Source: Octopus vulgaris
Taxonomy: Eukaryota
Assembly: GCA_951406725.2 (NCBI GenBank)
Contig: OX597822.1
Location: 41,230,001-41,294,000 of the forward strand
Length of the DNA: 64,000 bases
Direction: 5' to 3'
Part shown: positions 25,368 through 38,594 of the stretch, in pieces
How positions within the stretch are numbered: the first letter of the stretch is position 1
Layout: each line of letters opens with the position of its first letter
Notes under the pieces: model-generated
Databases searched by the model: none
Told to the model about the DNA's origin: nothing
The model's input: only the letters and a program-made list of their open reading frames with translations
Program-made: the position numbers and the translations under genes

Positions 25368-25580
25368 AAGGTGGTGAGGTGGCAGAATCGTTAGCGTATC
25401 GGAGAAAATGCTTAGCGGCATATCGTCCGTCTTTACGTTCTTAGTTCAAATTCCTTCGATGTCGACTTTGTCTTTCATCTTTTTGGCGTCGATAAAATAA
25501 GTACCAAGGAAGTACTTCGGATCGATATAATTGACTCCCTCCACTCAAAAACCACTGGTCCTGTTCTAAGGTTTGAAGCT
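25368..25580 (+). mobile_element. SINE family B monomer
   Basis: AAGGTGGTGAGGTGGCAGAATCGTTAGC..GTCGATAAAATAAGTACC. Confidence 0.75.
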
Positions 25581-26189
25581 GTTATTTGAAGGGGATATAA
25601 CTGATGTTGACCTGACGTTTGTAATCAGATTTGTAGTACAGCGCGGATATGTTGTCTAGTGATGTCAACACGAAAACCAACATCCTCATGATATTAGCGA
25701 AATACAAGGCTATTCTGGAATTATGCATACGAGGCCAATTAATTAGTTATTTAATTAGTTAGTATTAGCCTCTTGATCCTAGAAAGACGGTTCTGTCATT
25801 TCTCGCGGAACAACCTACACTGATAATTTGTTACTAGTGATCAAATGTTTGTACTCTGCTCAAAAACACGGTGCACCATCCAGTCTAGGAATCGTACCCA
25901 TGATCTCACGATTATGCGTGCAATATCTTATCCACTTGGCCACATGCCCTCATGGTTATATACAAAGCTATTCCGCTGTTATTCTTCATTAAGAGAATGA
26001 GGAAGAAATATTTTGGACAGTGATACAGGGCAGGAAAACTACTTGTAGCAAAGATTGAGAGCCTTTTTCCCCAGAAGAAGAAGAAAACCAATAAGAAGGC
26101 ATCAAGCTGCAGCACGTCAGTTGAAGAAGTTGGCTGTTGTTTCTAGCGTTGTCTTTCCAAGATCTCTACTAATTGCAAAGTAAGCAGAG

Positions 26190-26330
26190 CGAAACCATCC
26201 GAAATAGCCTCGTAGGTTCGAGTCCCACGGACAGCCATCGACTTTTTCTATCCTAAGGGTTTTTTTAGCCCAATGTTTACATACTGTTATTTATTGCTTT
26301 AACTGCTTCGAGGTTCACCGTTTCCAAAAG
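26190..26330 (+). mobile_element. Minor tRNA-like-headed repeat, related to 39470-39610
   Basis: B-box-like GGTTCGAGTCCC / GATTCGATTCCC followed by shared TTTTTCTATCCTAAGG..TTCACCGTT. Confidence 0.45.
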
Positions 26331-26394
<64 letters not shown>

Positions 26395-26396
<2 letters not shown>

Positions 26397-26854
26397 TTAC
26401 TAATAAATTTCAGGATAGCAAAAAATTCTAGAAATTTTTTGCTCCCAGTGGTCTAGCGAGAATAAAAACTAATGAATAGACTATATATTATTCATATAAA
26501 AATACAGTGTACATTTAAACACATAAGAGATGGCCATAATAGGACATCTGACCCGCTAGAAGGAGTAGTTAAACTTCAAAACACTATTAGTGGTATTTTC
26601 GAAAAGGAATGAAAAATAAAAACATTTACCATATATTTCCTTGGCTTTCTTGCTGATGAGAACTGCGCCTAGCAAATTATTTTATTTACTGAAGATAGCT
26701 TGAAACCATGCTATAGGAAATAGATGGTAAATTAGGGTTTTATTTTTCATTCCCTTTCGAAATTACCCCTAATAGTGGTTTGGAGTTTAACTACTCCTAG
26801 CGGGTCAGATGTCCTATTATGGCCATCTCTTATGTGTTTAAATGTACACTGTAT
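26395..26854. mobile_element. Inverted-arm element in (TA)n with degenerate hammerhead (Penelope-like)
   Basis: 26502-26641 is inverted at 26715-26854; (TA)n flanks. Confidence 0.68.
26647..26719 (+). ncRNA. Degenerate type I hammerhead motif
   Basis: TTCTTG-CTGATGA-..-GAAA-C-CATG-C-TA-TAGGAA: stem I TTCTTG/TAGGAA with G.U pairs, palindromic CATG loop, C instead of G before UH. Confidence 0.5.
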
Positions 26855-27559
26855 ATATATATATATTGTTATATTTCGGAATGGTCATATTGCCAGTTTA
26901 GCCCCGTTTGTTTGTCCAATTTTAAACCCTGCACGACTTCTATACACTTTGTCTTTCCTACCCGCCATTGCTTCTTTACCAAACTATTTAGGCGCCCTCC
27001 GATTCTTCCCCTCTCTTCCTCCCATCCTCCGTAATCCCTTCTTTCTCCTTTTCTCTTGGTCACTGATTCTGTCCCCTGCCTTCCACCCTCTTTGATTCCC
27101 TGTCTCTCTTTCTCTCTCTCTCCTGCAACCTGCTGCTTCTTAACCATTCTGTTGGCGATCGTATCTCGACCAACATGTGTCCCCTCTACCGAAACGGTAA
27201 TTATTTCTACGCCAGCTGCTATGTTGTTGTTGTTTTTGTCTCATTTGGTCTAAAGTCGTAAGACAACCATCGTTATATTTTGTTTATCCATTACTGTTTT
27301 CAATTTCGTTTTCGTCTCTTGTATTTACATCCGTCTCGTGCGTTCACATTCCTGTCTTCTACCAAGAAATCTAATGCTTATAGCTTAGTTTTTTTCTTGG
27401 GGCTGGCCGAGTTGGAGCAAATATCAGAATTGAACAGCCGAAATTTGCTATGATGATTCGGTGTCTGACTGAAGATTGAAGGCTTCGAATGATTTGTCTG
27501 TGTTCCGTGTTCGTCCCTTCCTGTAAATCACGTTCTTTATATATAAAAACATTTATTCT

Positions 27560-27632
<73 letters not shown>

Positions 27633-27637
<5 letters not shown>

Positions 27638-27845
27638 TAATCCAAACATGAAAACACAAAGAGAAAACACAACAACGCGAGGATGTGGAACAAGTATAGT
27701 ATTATTGGACGCTCAGGAAAGAAGGAAAGAAGGAGGGTTTAACGTTTCGAGCGGAGCTCTACGTCAGAAACATAAGAAAAGGAAAGATCCAAAGAAGGGA
27801 AGACGGAGGAAAAAAAAATCGCCAACGGTACACACGCGGTCACAT
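27633..27845 (-). mobile_element. ~210-bp (TA)-flanked repeat with an ultra-minimal hammerhead-like motif at 27737-27771
   Basis: Minus strand GTTT-CTGACGTA-GAGC-TCC-GCTC-GAAA-CG-TT-AAAC; downstream TTCCTGAGCGT shared with 37050-37246. Confidence 0.55.
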
Positions 27846-27865
27846 ATATAGAGTGTGAGAGGGAA

Positions 27866-27912
<47 letters not shown>

Positions 27913-28372
27913 GGCAGGCAGACAGACAGACAGACAGACAGGCAAACAGACAGACAGGCAGACAGATAGACAGACAGAGATTTTATATAAATACTTTTCA
28001 GATGGTGTAGATTACGATCCTATCGGAATTTGTTGCGAAAACATGTTTGTGAGAGGAAGTAGCGGATTCAAGTGAGTCTATTTTATTTCCTGATAATTTT
28101 AAGGAAGATGAATATTTTTTTAAAGAAATTTTCTCTAATTAACTTTCAGATACTGTATATTCCGATTAAACTGGAATTTAATGAATAAAGTAATTGGTTG
28201 GGCGGGCACATATTTATACTGACTTACATCACTTACAGGCTCTTGCACAGTTTCCGCCTTCCATTTTCACTTACTAAACAAAGGCATTGGTCAGCCTAAA
28301 GATATGATAGATTCTTGTTAAAAATGCTTTGTAACTCCCTTTCTATGAACTATTTTGCATCATATATCTCTA

Positions 28373-28740
28373 TGGCACTCCGTCGGTTACGACGACGGGG
28401 ATTCCAGTTGATCCAATCAACGGAACAGCCTGCTCGTGAAATTAACGTGCAAGTGGCTGAGCACTCCACAGACACGTGTTCTCGGGAGAGGTTCAGCGTG
28501 ACACAGAGTGTGACAAGGCTGATCCTTCGAAATACGGGTACAACAGAAACAGGAAGAAAGAGCGAGAGAAAGTAATGGTGAAAGAGTACAGCAGGATTCG
28601 CTATAATCCCCTGCCGGAGCCTCATGGAGCTTTTAGGCGTTTTCGCTGAATAAACTCTCACAACGCCCGGTCTGGGAATCGAAACCGCGATCCTACGACC
28701 GCGAGTCCGCTGCCCTAAGCACTTGGCCATTGCGCCTCCG
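28373..28740 (-). mobile_element. tRNA-headed SINE family C
   Basis: Head GGAGGCGCAATGGCC.AGTG.TTAGGGCAGCGGACTCGCGGTCGTAGGATCGCGGTTTCGATTCCC; tail ..CGTCGTCGTAACCGACGGAGTGCC. Confidence 0.85.
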
Positions 28741-28965
28741 CATAGTCAGGACATCATCTTTATGACGTCTTGATTACATACTCTGTATGCCGTATAGTAT
28801 CCAGTGAAGTGAACTTAGGATTTGCCTGTTAAGTGAAGTACCGGGTGACTGCTTATCTTAAACAATTCTCTATGTTCCCTATCATTCGATGTGGTTTGCC
28901 AGATCTGGATTATATTAAATTGCTAATAAGATACCTGACCGGATTCCAAATCCCTATTGTTTTTC

Positions 28966-29057
<92 letters not shown>

Positions 29058-29154
29058 TATGTGTGTGTGTGTATGTATGTGTGCGAGCTGACCGGATTCC
29101 AAATCCCTATTGTTTTTCATTATATGTGTGTGTGTGTGAGTGTGTATGTGTGCG

Positions 29155-29350
29155 TGCTTGCCCCCCCACCATCGCTTGACAACCGATGTTGGTGTGTTTA
29201 CGCCCTCGTAAAGTAGTGGTTCGGCAAAAGAGACTGATAGAATAAGTAGTAGGCTTACAAAGAATAAGTCCTGGGGATGATTTGTTCGCTAAAGGCGGTG
29301 CTCCAGCATGACCGCAGTCAAATGACTGAAACAGGTAAAAGAATAAAAGA
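29155..29350 (+). mobile_element. SINE family A, 3' half
   Basis: CCATCGCTTGACAACCGATG..GAAACAGGTAAAAGAATAAAAG. Confidence 0.8.
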
Positions 29351-29362
29351 ATATGTATTTTA

Positions 29363-29406
<44 letters not shown>

Positions 29407-29480
29407 TGTGTGTGTGTGTCCTGGCAGTAGAAATGATGATAATGATGATGATGATGATGATCACGACGATGACGATGATA

Positions 29481-29517
<37 letters not shown>

Positions 29518-29794
29518 CAGTGGTGATGATGGTAGATTGAAGTGGACTGTGATAATGATAGTCGTAGTGAGGCTGCATCTGCGTTAATGGTGGGATGGTA
29601 GTGATGGTGGTGGTGGTGGTGGTTATAATAGTGGTTGATATAGTGATGCCAGTAACGGTGATAGTAGCCGTGAAGACTGTGGTAGAAGGGTTGGTGGTGG
29701 TGATGGTGGTGGTGGCGGTACTCATTCTCTACGAATGATGTCAGCAGTAATCTTCCCTACTTCTAATCCAAGATGTCTGCACACCTAACAGACA

Positions 29795-29814
29795 CAGTGG
29801 CGCCATCTAGTGTC
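29795..29814 (-). promoter_or_regulatory. CTCF-like binding motif
   Basis: Minus strand GACACTAGATGGCGCCACTG matches 14/15 of the CTCF core CCASYAGRKGGCRSY, in a non-repetitive island. Confidence 0.45.
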
Positions 29815-31229
29815 GTGTCTAGTTCTGTATGCTACAGTTTAGATTGATAAATGTTACCTCAGATAATAAAACACCTCATTTCGCCCCGACTGGGAATCGA
29901 TCTCGCTTTCACTGGACAATCTGTCAACATTCTCATTACTTCGGTAGTCACATCATTTTTCATTGATGTTACATTATCACCACCACTACCACACTCATCA
30001 CCACCACTAAGACCATCACCACCACTACCTCCACTAAAACCATCATCACCACACCACCACTACCATCCCTACGCCACCACAATCACACCACCATCACACC
30101 ACCGCCACACCACCACTACCACCATCACTACTACCATAACACCACCATACCACCATCACCCCCACCGTCAACGTCACCATCATCATCTCCACCACCATCA
30201 CCACCACCACCACTACCACACCTCCACCATCAACACTACCGACACAACTACCTCCATCAACACTACCAGAATTGCCACCACCACCCCTACTACGACTAAA
30301 GCTCTATCATAAAAAACAATAACAACACGAATATAAGCACAGTCACTACCACCAGCACTACCACCCAAACTGCCACTACTATTCTCAGCACCTTCACCAC
30401 CACCAACAACAACACCAGTACCAACTACACTACTAATATTATTGAAGCAGCTGCGGCTACCGCTGCTACTACTACCTCAGTCAAGACAACCACTAACACC
30501 ACCACCAACACAATCGCTAACGCCTTCGACATGAACCACAACCCCGTCACAGTCACAAACGCCACCATACGATAAAAAGCTGAGTTTCACCACCACCAAC
30601 ACAACCACTACTACCAACAGCAAATCACCATTATACCATTATATTGCATACGTATTACAAATGAGGTTTTATTTATGTAGGAAACAGCATTCGTAAACTG
30701 CCCATCCACATTAAATAGCAAATTGATAGAAATGTTCTTGTTATTATTTGTTACAGACATCTTGAGAGATAACATGTCCACGATATTACAGTTACTATCA
30801 AACGTCAGAGCAGAAAATTGTAAATTTGACGACTAACAAGGATATTTTTTTATTAATGTATGAAATACCTCTATTAAAATTCCCTAATGTGGTATTATTC
30901 CACTATGCACGGCACGTTGTAATATCTCAATCTCACATCCTTCCTCATATTTTGCAAACCAAATATAACCGCATGCTTTTTGATGAAGGAACTTTTAAAC
31001 CGAATTATTGATATAACAAGTAAAGGCGTAGACTGTTTTTTCCCTTTGCATTTGTTTCCACTACTGTATCTCGTACTGCACTGGCTCTCTAAAATACGTT
31101 GACGATATTTCACAATGCTTCTTATAAACTAGAACACTCAAACACATATATTTGTGTGTGCCTGCATGTGTGTGTGTGTGTGTGAGTCCAGGAGTGGCTG
31201 TGTGGTAAGTAGTTTGCTTACATCACTAC

Positions 31230-33070
31230 AGAAGAGTTCGCGTTTTTTCACGCTGCTTGGAAGTCACGTCTTTCGACGTGAAATATAGAAAAATTGAGGC
31301 ACGACTACAGGTAAGGCGTTTGTTTTCTTTGGGAGCTTACTGGAGTTTGTTGTTCTATAATTAATATTTTTTGTTGAGCAATAGTCTCCACTCTGTTCCA
31401 GACATTTGCCTGCTTGTAGTCCTGCGAAAAGACTCACTTTGCAGTGAGAATTGTGTTTTTGGGAGGCGTATTCCCTCCGGAAACATTTTGTTTGTGAAAA
31501 TTGTCTTTTTTTTTTTTTGGCTGTGTTCGTGCCCGGGAATTACCTTTGTATTTACCATTGAGGCAAGGAGTGCGAAGACAGTAAGAATTTAATTTTTGTG
31601 ATGCGACGGAGAACTGCGAATTGTGGATTACCTGTGTAATTTTATTGCCAGCTTAACTGTCTCCCTTCACTCTTTTTCCTCTCGTCTGTCTTTCTGTTCT
31701 TTCTTTGTGTTTTGTTATTGACTTTTATTTGAACATTTTGGACTTTCTGGTTTTTGGAACATTTTATCTTTATTTGATTTTTAAAAAATGGCAACAAAGA
31801 ATACCGCTTTGGAGTGGAGAATTGTGGACCCCAAAGAATGGCTTAAAAATTATTCTGAGAAAACGGTGGTGTTAAGGACCTACTTTAAGATCCTTGAAAC
31901 CATCGCTGTGTTCTCTCAGCCTGAGATTGAGGAAGAGTTGGCAGAATACCTGCCAACTTTTAAATTTATCCGTCGGGAAGCAAAGTATGGAACTGTGTGT
32001 GCTTTTTGACACGCCTACGGAAGCACCAAAGTTTGCGTGCCAACCGGTGGAAGGGGAGAAGATTTTGTTTCTCCCCACACACGGTGGGTGAAAATTAATG
32101 AGACCTTGGGTGTGTGGGTTGCCACCCGGAATTGAGCCCGAGTGGATAGAGGGGACTATCTGCCGGGGTCTGGGTGGCAGTAACACCAGGCTGTTGAATG
32201 TAAAAATTATGTCTGCGGTTGACTGGGTGGTGTCAAAAGCTGTTTTGAGCCTATGGACCCAGTCAGCCGAAGATCTAGTATTACCGGATTTTCTGACGTT
32301 CGCCGGTTCCAGGCACCCGGTGATCTTTGAGGGACGCCCCCCCCCCCCCCATGTGTTACCTGTGCCTGGAAGCAGGCCACATAAAGAGGAACTGCTGCAG
32401 GAACCAAGCTAGGGTACTGGAGCAGTTAATAGATGATGTTTTTCCTACAACGTAGCCTTCTGATTCTCTAACGGAGGGATAGGAAGAAAAAGTCGAGGAG
32501 GAGGTAACCCCCTCGAAAAGAAAAAGAAGAAAGAAGGTGGGCAACAATGGTTGCCCACCGATGGATTCTGAGGTGGAAGGAGGAAGGGAGGGACTCCCGG
32601 ATAAGTTGGAGGAACTCCACCCTCCCGTCGAGAAGAGGAAAAAAAGAAGAAGAGAAAAAAGAACGGGACATCATTGGCAGTTGACGATCATCTGCCAGCA
32701 TGCCCCGAAACTCTGTTGGTGGGAGGTGTGCCACCGACAGAGGGAGCAGTGGCCACTCCCAGAAAGAGGAAAGATGAGTTTGTCATATTCTTTCTGAAGG
32801 GAGGGATGATAGAAAGCTTCCTAAGGAAGCGAGAAGGCTGGAGGGAAGAACCCTTAGCCTGGACCGAAAACCTGAACTGGCCTTCGCAAGTAATTGCGAA
32901 GGTCATATCGGAGGTCAACATGTCCAGGGTGTTGGGCTCCTTCACGAAGGACTTGTTTAGAGTGGATTTTTGCTCTCAATTTTATTCTTTCGGTAAATAT
33001 TTCTTACCTCGGTGCGGAATAATTTTTCCACAGTTTTTTCGGGTACATTCAACGTGAAAAATGTTGAATG
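31230..33070 (+). mobile_element. L1/Tx1-like element: T-rich 5' UTR plus disrupted ORF1 (gag-like); no ORF2 follows
   Basis: Starts where a SINE A head (31190-31220) is cut off; ATG 31788; reading frame pieces continue to 33057; ends at (CATA)n. Confidence 0.6.
31788..33057 (+). pseudogene. LINE ORF1 (gag-like, CCHC zinc knuckle) pseudogene
   Basis: ..HPVIFEGRPP / CYLCLEAGHIKRNC (CX2CX4HX4C at 32354-32395), then a basic KRKRRKK region; frameshifts near 32008, the poly-C at ~32337-32350 and ~32655; in-frame stops. Confidence 0.68.
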
Positions 33071-33105
33071 CATACATACATACATACATACATACATACA
33101 TACAT

Positions 33106-33156
<51 letters not shown>

Positions 33157-33329
33157 GGCAGACAGACATACAGACAGACAGACAGACAGACAGACAGAGA
33201 AAGAAAAACAGAAAGAGAGAAAGAGAGGGAGGGAGAATGATAATAATGCAAATAAACAGATAAAACCGCTTGGGCTAGATATATAAAATATACATACATA
33301 TGTGTGTATGTGTGTGCGTGCGCGTGTGT

Positions 33330-33600
33330 GTAAAATAGAAACAAAACTGAAAATACTCAGAAAATGAATATTCATATATAAGCATATAAATATTTATATA
33401 TATTTATATATTTTCAGCACAGATTTACACGACGTACAAAGTCACAGAAAACTAAGAGAAAAGTTATGGTTTTACAGGTCCGACAGCTGTTTCAGGGGAT
33501 CTAAAATTATGCCATAATGTTGATAGATGTAGTTCGCAACCAGTAGCGTATGAATATAAACATTACGGTAAATCCAGCCTCCGTCTTCAGGATGGCGAGA
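33330..33600 (-). mobile_element. Penelope-like remnant with a long-stem-II hammerhead motif (33477-33595)
   Basis: Minus strand CCATC-CTGAAGA-(~90 nt)-GAAA-C-AGCT-G-TC-GGACC; palindromic stem III ACAGCTGT; stem I weak. Confidence 0.5.
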
Positions 33601-33674
33601 TTACTTGAATGGCCAGAAGAAGGGCCACTGTAGGAGCACATGGAATGACAATAATAATAATAATACTAATAATG

Positions 33675-33751
<77 letters not shown>

Positions 33752-33756
33752 AAGAA

Positions 33757-34414
33757 AGTGATAAGTGCAGAATCTGTAGACAAAACAGTGAAACCGTATG
33801 GCATATTACGAGCCAAAATACGCCACTAGCCCAGAAGGAATATAAGAGACGTCACGATAATATGGCCAGGTTTGTCCATTGGACACTTTGCAACAAGCAT
33901 GGACTTGACAGAGCAAAAAATTGGTACGACCACAAACCTGAAGGCATTGTCGAAAATAGAAATGCAAAGATCCTATGGGATTTTATGATTCAGTTGCACC
34001 ATGAGATAGAGAATAGGAAGCCGGACATAGTCTTAATTGAGAAAGAAAACAAGCTATGCTGGATCTTAGATATAAAGCATGCCCAGCTGACAACAAGGTA
34101 TACGATCAGGAAGAAAGAAAAGCCGAGAGATATAACAGGTTAGCTTGGGAAGTTAAGCAGTTGTGGTTGATGAAAAAGGTGGCAGTAGTACTAATGATTG
34201 TCGGAGCCCTGGGATCAGTGAGCAAAAATCTCGAGAAGTACGTGGAACAAATAGGGGCTGCAATAAGGGTGGAGCACTTGCAGAAAACAGCACTCTTTGG
34301 AACGCTCGAATACTTGGGAAGGTGCTCGAAAAAGAAAGAGGTGTTACCTTATTTCACTGGTAGTAAACAGCTGACACTGTAGTACATCTCCAGCGTTAGA
34401 AGCTGTGCAAAGGA

Positions 34415-34415
<1 letters not shown>
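33757..34415 (+). mobile_element. R4/Dong-clade non-LTR retrotransposon 3' fragment (CCHC finger plus PD-(D/E)xK restriction-like endonuclease), frameshifted
   Basis: SDKCRICRQNSETVWHI..LAQKEYKRRHDNMARFVHW..KILWDF..NRKPDIVLIEK..ILDI / CPAD..KAERYNRLAWEVKQLW..IVGALG; (TAA)n/(AAG)n upstream and (TAA)n tail. Confidence 0.88.
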
Positions 34416-34491
<76 letters not shown>

Positions 34492-34500
34492 TGATGATGA

Positions 34501-34975
34501 TGTCTTGGTATAAAAGATGGGCTACAGCAAATATTCTGCTCAATACCACAGATTTGCTTGTCAGTTGTTTGACCTTAACCAGTTGAGCAAGTCCCTTAGT
34601 GGCTGACGATATGTGCATCTCTGATCACGAGCAGAAGTAGTGGGGGAGCATCATACCGTGTGTTGAGAGGGATTCTTTGGGGTTTGAATAATTCACCTCT
34701 GGAAACATGGGTGTTTCGTTCAACATCCTTAAACAACCCTTATTCAGGGACCTTTCGGGTGGGATGGGTTACTCGACCTGAAGAAAATTCTAACTGGGCC
34801 CCACCAGCAAGGTCATGTGCTGTTTATCTTGATATGAGATCACCATGTCGCGCACACATGGTTGTGATGCATGTGCCTAGTGTACCCTTATCAGACGGGT
34901 AGTCATGATGGGTATACTGGGCTTCGTATATTTTACCCCAGTGTCACTTTGATGGCATGCACTGCTCTTTCACTC

Positions 34976-34976
<1 letters not shown>
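34501..34976 (+). mobile_element. (TAA)n-embedded element, 5'-truncated copy
   Basis: Reverse complement of 8961-9437; ends CACTCAA(TAA)n. Confidence 0.85.
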
Positions 34977-35023
<47 letters not shown>

Positions 35024-35312
35024 CCTTTCTATTATAGGCACAAGGCCTGGATTTTATAGAGTGGGACAGTCTATTACAACGACCCCAGGACTCATTCTAT
35101 CGATCTCGAAAGAATGAAAGGCAAATTTGACCTCGGATAAATAAAAGCAGCATCCAGTACATTCTGTAAGGTGGGTGGTGTTAGGAAGGACACCCGTCTG
35201 TAGAAACCGAGACAAAATGAAACGCGAACTCGTTAAGGTCCCTCCGACCGTCTAGTGAGCAAACCCATTCAAGCCATGTCATCATGAACAGGAATCCTAT
35301 ATTCATAAATGT

Positions 35313-35686
35313 AAGGTGGCGAGCTGGCAGAATCGTCAGCACGCCGGCCGAAATGCTTAGCGCTATTCCGTCTGTCGTAACGTTCTGAGTTCAAATTCCG
35401 CCGAGGTCGTCTTTGCCTTTCATCCTTTCGGGGTCGATAAATTAAGTACCAGTTGATTACTGGGGTCGATGTAATCGACTTAATCCCTTTGCCTGTTCTT
35501 GTTTGTCCCCTCTATGTTTAGCCCCTTGTGGGCAATAAAGAAATAAGAATCGTTAGCACGCAGGACGACTTTGCCTTTCATCCTTTTGGGGTCGATAAAT
35601 TGAGTACCAGTTGCGTACTGGAGTCGATCTAATCGACTGGCCCCCTCACCCAAAATTTCAGGCCTTGTGCCTAGAGAAGAAAAGAA
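35313..35686 (+). mobile_element. SINE family B composite (dimer)
   Basis: AAGGTGGCGAGCTGGCAGAATCG..GGCCTTGTGCCTAGAGAAGAAAAG. Confidence 0.87.
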
Positions 35687-35724
35687 TATATTCATGAATG
35701 TGTGTGTATGTGTGTGTGTGTGTG

Positions 35725-35767
<43 letters not shown>

Positions 35768-35962
35768 CAGCCATGCTGGGACACTGCCTAGAAGAATTAA
35801 AGTCGAACGAATCGACTTTAGTGCATAATTCATAAATTTAAAACATTTTGTAAAGAATCCTTGACGCGAAGAAAGAAGATTCTAGTTTTTAACTATTTTA
35901 AAGTTTTTAACCATTTAAAAACATTATTTAGAGAATATACATACACACACACATACACATAC

Positions 35963-36044
<82 letters not shown>

Positions 36045-36332
36045 GTATGTATACTCACACATACATACGTACGTACATATATTTATACACATATATGTGC
36101 GTGTGTTTGTGTGTGTGTGTATACATATACATTTGTATATGTATATATACACAAACATAGACACACAGTTATAAACGCACAAACATATATATATATATAC
36201 ATGCCTGTATATATATATATATACATAAATATATATATATACACAATATATATACACAATATGTATGTGTGTATATATATGCACATACACACAGACATAG
36301 GTGCACATGCGTGTACGTAGCTACATACACAG

Positions 36333-36365
<33 letters not shown>

Positions 36366-36592
36366 TGTGTGTGTGTGTGAAAGTGTGTATGTTTGCGTGA
36401 AGACATTGGGTAGGAAAGGTATATGGAGTCTCAACAAGATGATACAGTGCTTAGTTACACATAATTAACGCTAATCTCAGTAAATCCATCCGCACAGCCA
36501 GACAGCTGTTGATAGAATGACTATCAAAGCCCTTCCGTGTCTCTGTCTCTCTGTCTCCCTGTCTGACTGGCTATAATCACATTCCTAGGTAA

Positions 36593-36637
<45 letters not shown>

Positions 36638-36947
36638 CACACACCGTGAAGAGAGTAATATTTAATCCTCTCTAAGCTGTAATCATTAACAACCCGAGTA
36701 TTTTATCACTAGATCTCATATCTTCTCTCTATCAGGCTGTCTCCAGCTTATCTTATCTGATTCTGAAAAACTATCTATTTACATCTTTCCATCTATCTAC
36801 ATGTCACTCTCATTCTTTCTTTTCCCCTTCCCCTCTCTCTCCCCCTCTCTCACTCACCTCCTTTGTTTTTGTTTTTTAGTTGTTGGTACTCAATATATCT
36901 ATTGAGTCCTAACAACTTATTAGTATTGCTATGCCAAACCGAAATCA

Positions 36948-37299
<352 letters not shown>

Positions 37300-37302
<3 letters not shown>

Positions 37303-37597
37303 TGTTCCTTCTCGTGCCATGCCTGGCTCATAGGACCGGTTTCCCGGTTTCCTTGGCATATAGGTTCCCCACCTGGACAGGAGGCCGGTCCGTCGCAGGT
37401 GAACTGCAAGATGCAGGAGGAAAGAGTGAGAGAAAGTTGTGGCGAAAGAGTCAGCAGAAGTTCGCCATTGCCTTCTGCCGGTGCTGCGGGGAGCTTAGGT
37501 GTTTCGCTCATAAACACACACATCGCCCGGACTGAGATTCCGACCCGCGATCCCTCGACCGCGAGTCCGCTGCTCTAACCACTAGGACATGTGCCTT

Positions 37598-37598
<1 letters not shown>
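37300..37598 (-). mobile_element. SINE family C head with an alternative tail
   Basis: Head TAGTGGTTAGAGCAGCGGACTCGCGGTCGAGGGATCGCGGGTCGGAATC; tail ..GGAAACCGGGAAACCGGTCCTATGAGCCAGGCATGGC. Confidence 0.78.
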
Positions 37599-37681
<83 letters not shown>

Positions 37682-37729
37682 CATACATACATACATACAT
37701 ACATACATACATACATACATACATACATG

Positions 37730-37775
<46 letters not shown>

Positions 37776-37803
37776 TACATACATACATACATACATACAT
37801 ACA

Positions 37804-37838
<35 letters not shown>

Positions 37839-37839
37839 C

Positions 37840-38557
37840 ATTCGGGCTCATCACAAATTTCGCATAAGACACGTGCCTCTGCTCGAAGAATTTCACGTTT
37901 TTCCGCAATATTTCTAGCCTCAAATAGCTTCTTTTTTTTTTTTAATATCTAGCACTATGTCTTTCTCCATTTCTATGTTAGAGCTAAAAATAAAAGAACC
38001 CTAACTTTTACACGCAAACGCACAGAATAACAGCAAATCAAATAACTACAGCGTAGTGCACAGTAAACATCAGCGATCTGACTGTCGCCTGTACTAGGTT
38101 CTTTCGTATTAGCCCGAATTGCTGGATAATTTTTCGTTCCTTTAAGAATATTGTACAATGGAAACTTTTCATAAATTGGAATTTAAATTCTAATCTCTAT
38201 AGAAATTTATCATTTCAAGAAAAAGTTGAATTTGAATTACTTTTTAATTTTTTACGATTATACATAACATCTCGGGCTGTAACTTCTGAGCCCTATTCAG
38301 GCGCATGTGAATGATGTCGAGAGGACGTCTGCTAGCAATGATATTATTTGATATATGGCGCCTCTAAGACAACTGCCAGACGCTGAACGAAAATAATAAA
38401 CTGCGACCAGGCTCAATAAAAGGAACCCGAGTTATTGGTTGCAATTATATATTTGAAGTCAGTGTTAGCAGAAATCAAATCAGTTTGCAAATACACGTTC
38501 ACTTTACTAAATTTATACTCGGGCTAAGCCCGAACAGCCCGAGTGCCGGAGTCGCCA

Positions 38558-38560
<3 letters not shown>
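37840..38560. mobile_element. hAT-like non-autonomous element remnant
   Basis: Terminus GGAGTCGCCACTG (CAGTGGCG-type TIR) and recurrent subterminal TCGGGCT/AGCCCGA motifs; the other end is not seen. Confidence 0.4.
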
Positions 38561-38589
<29 letters not shown>

Positions 38590-38594
<5 letters not shown>

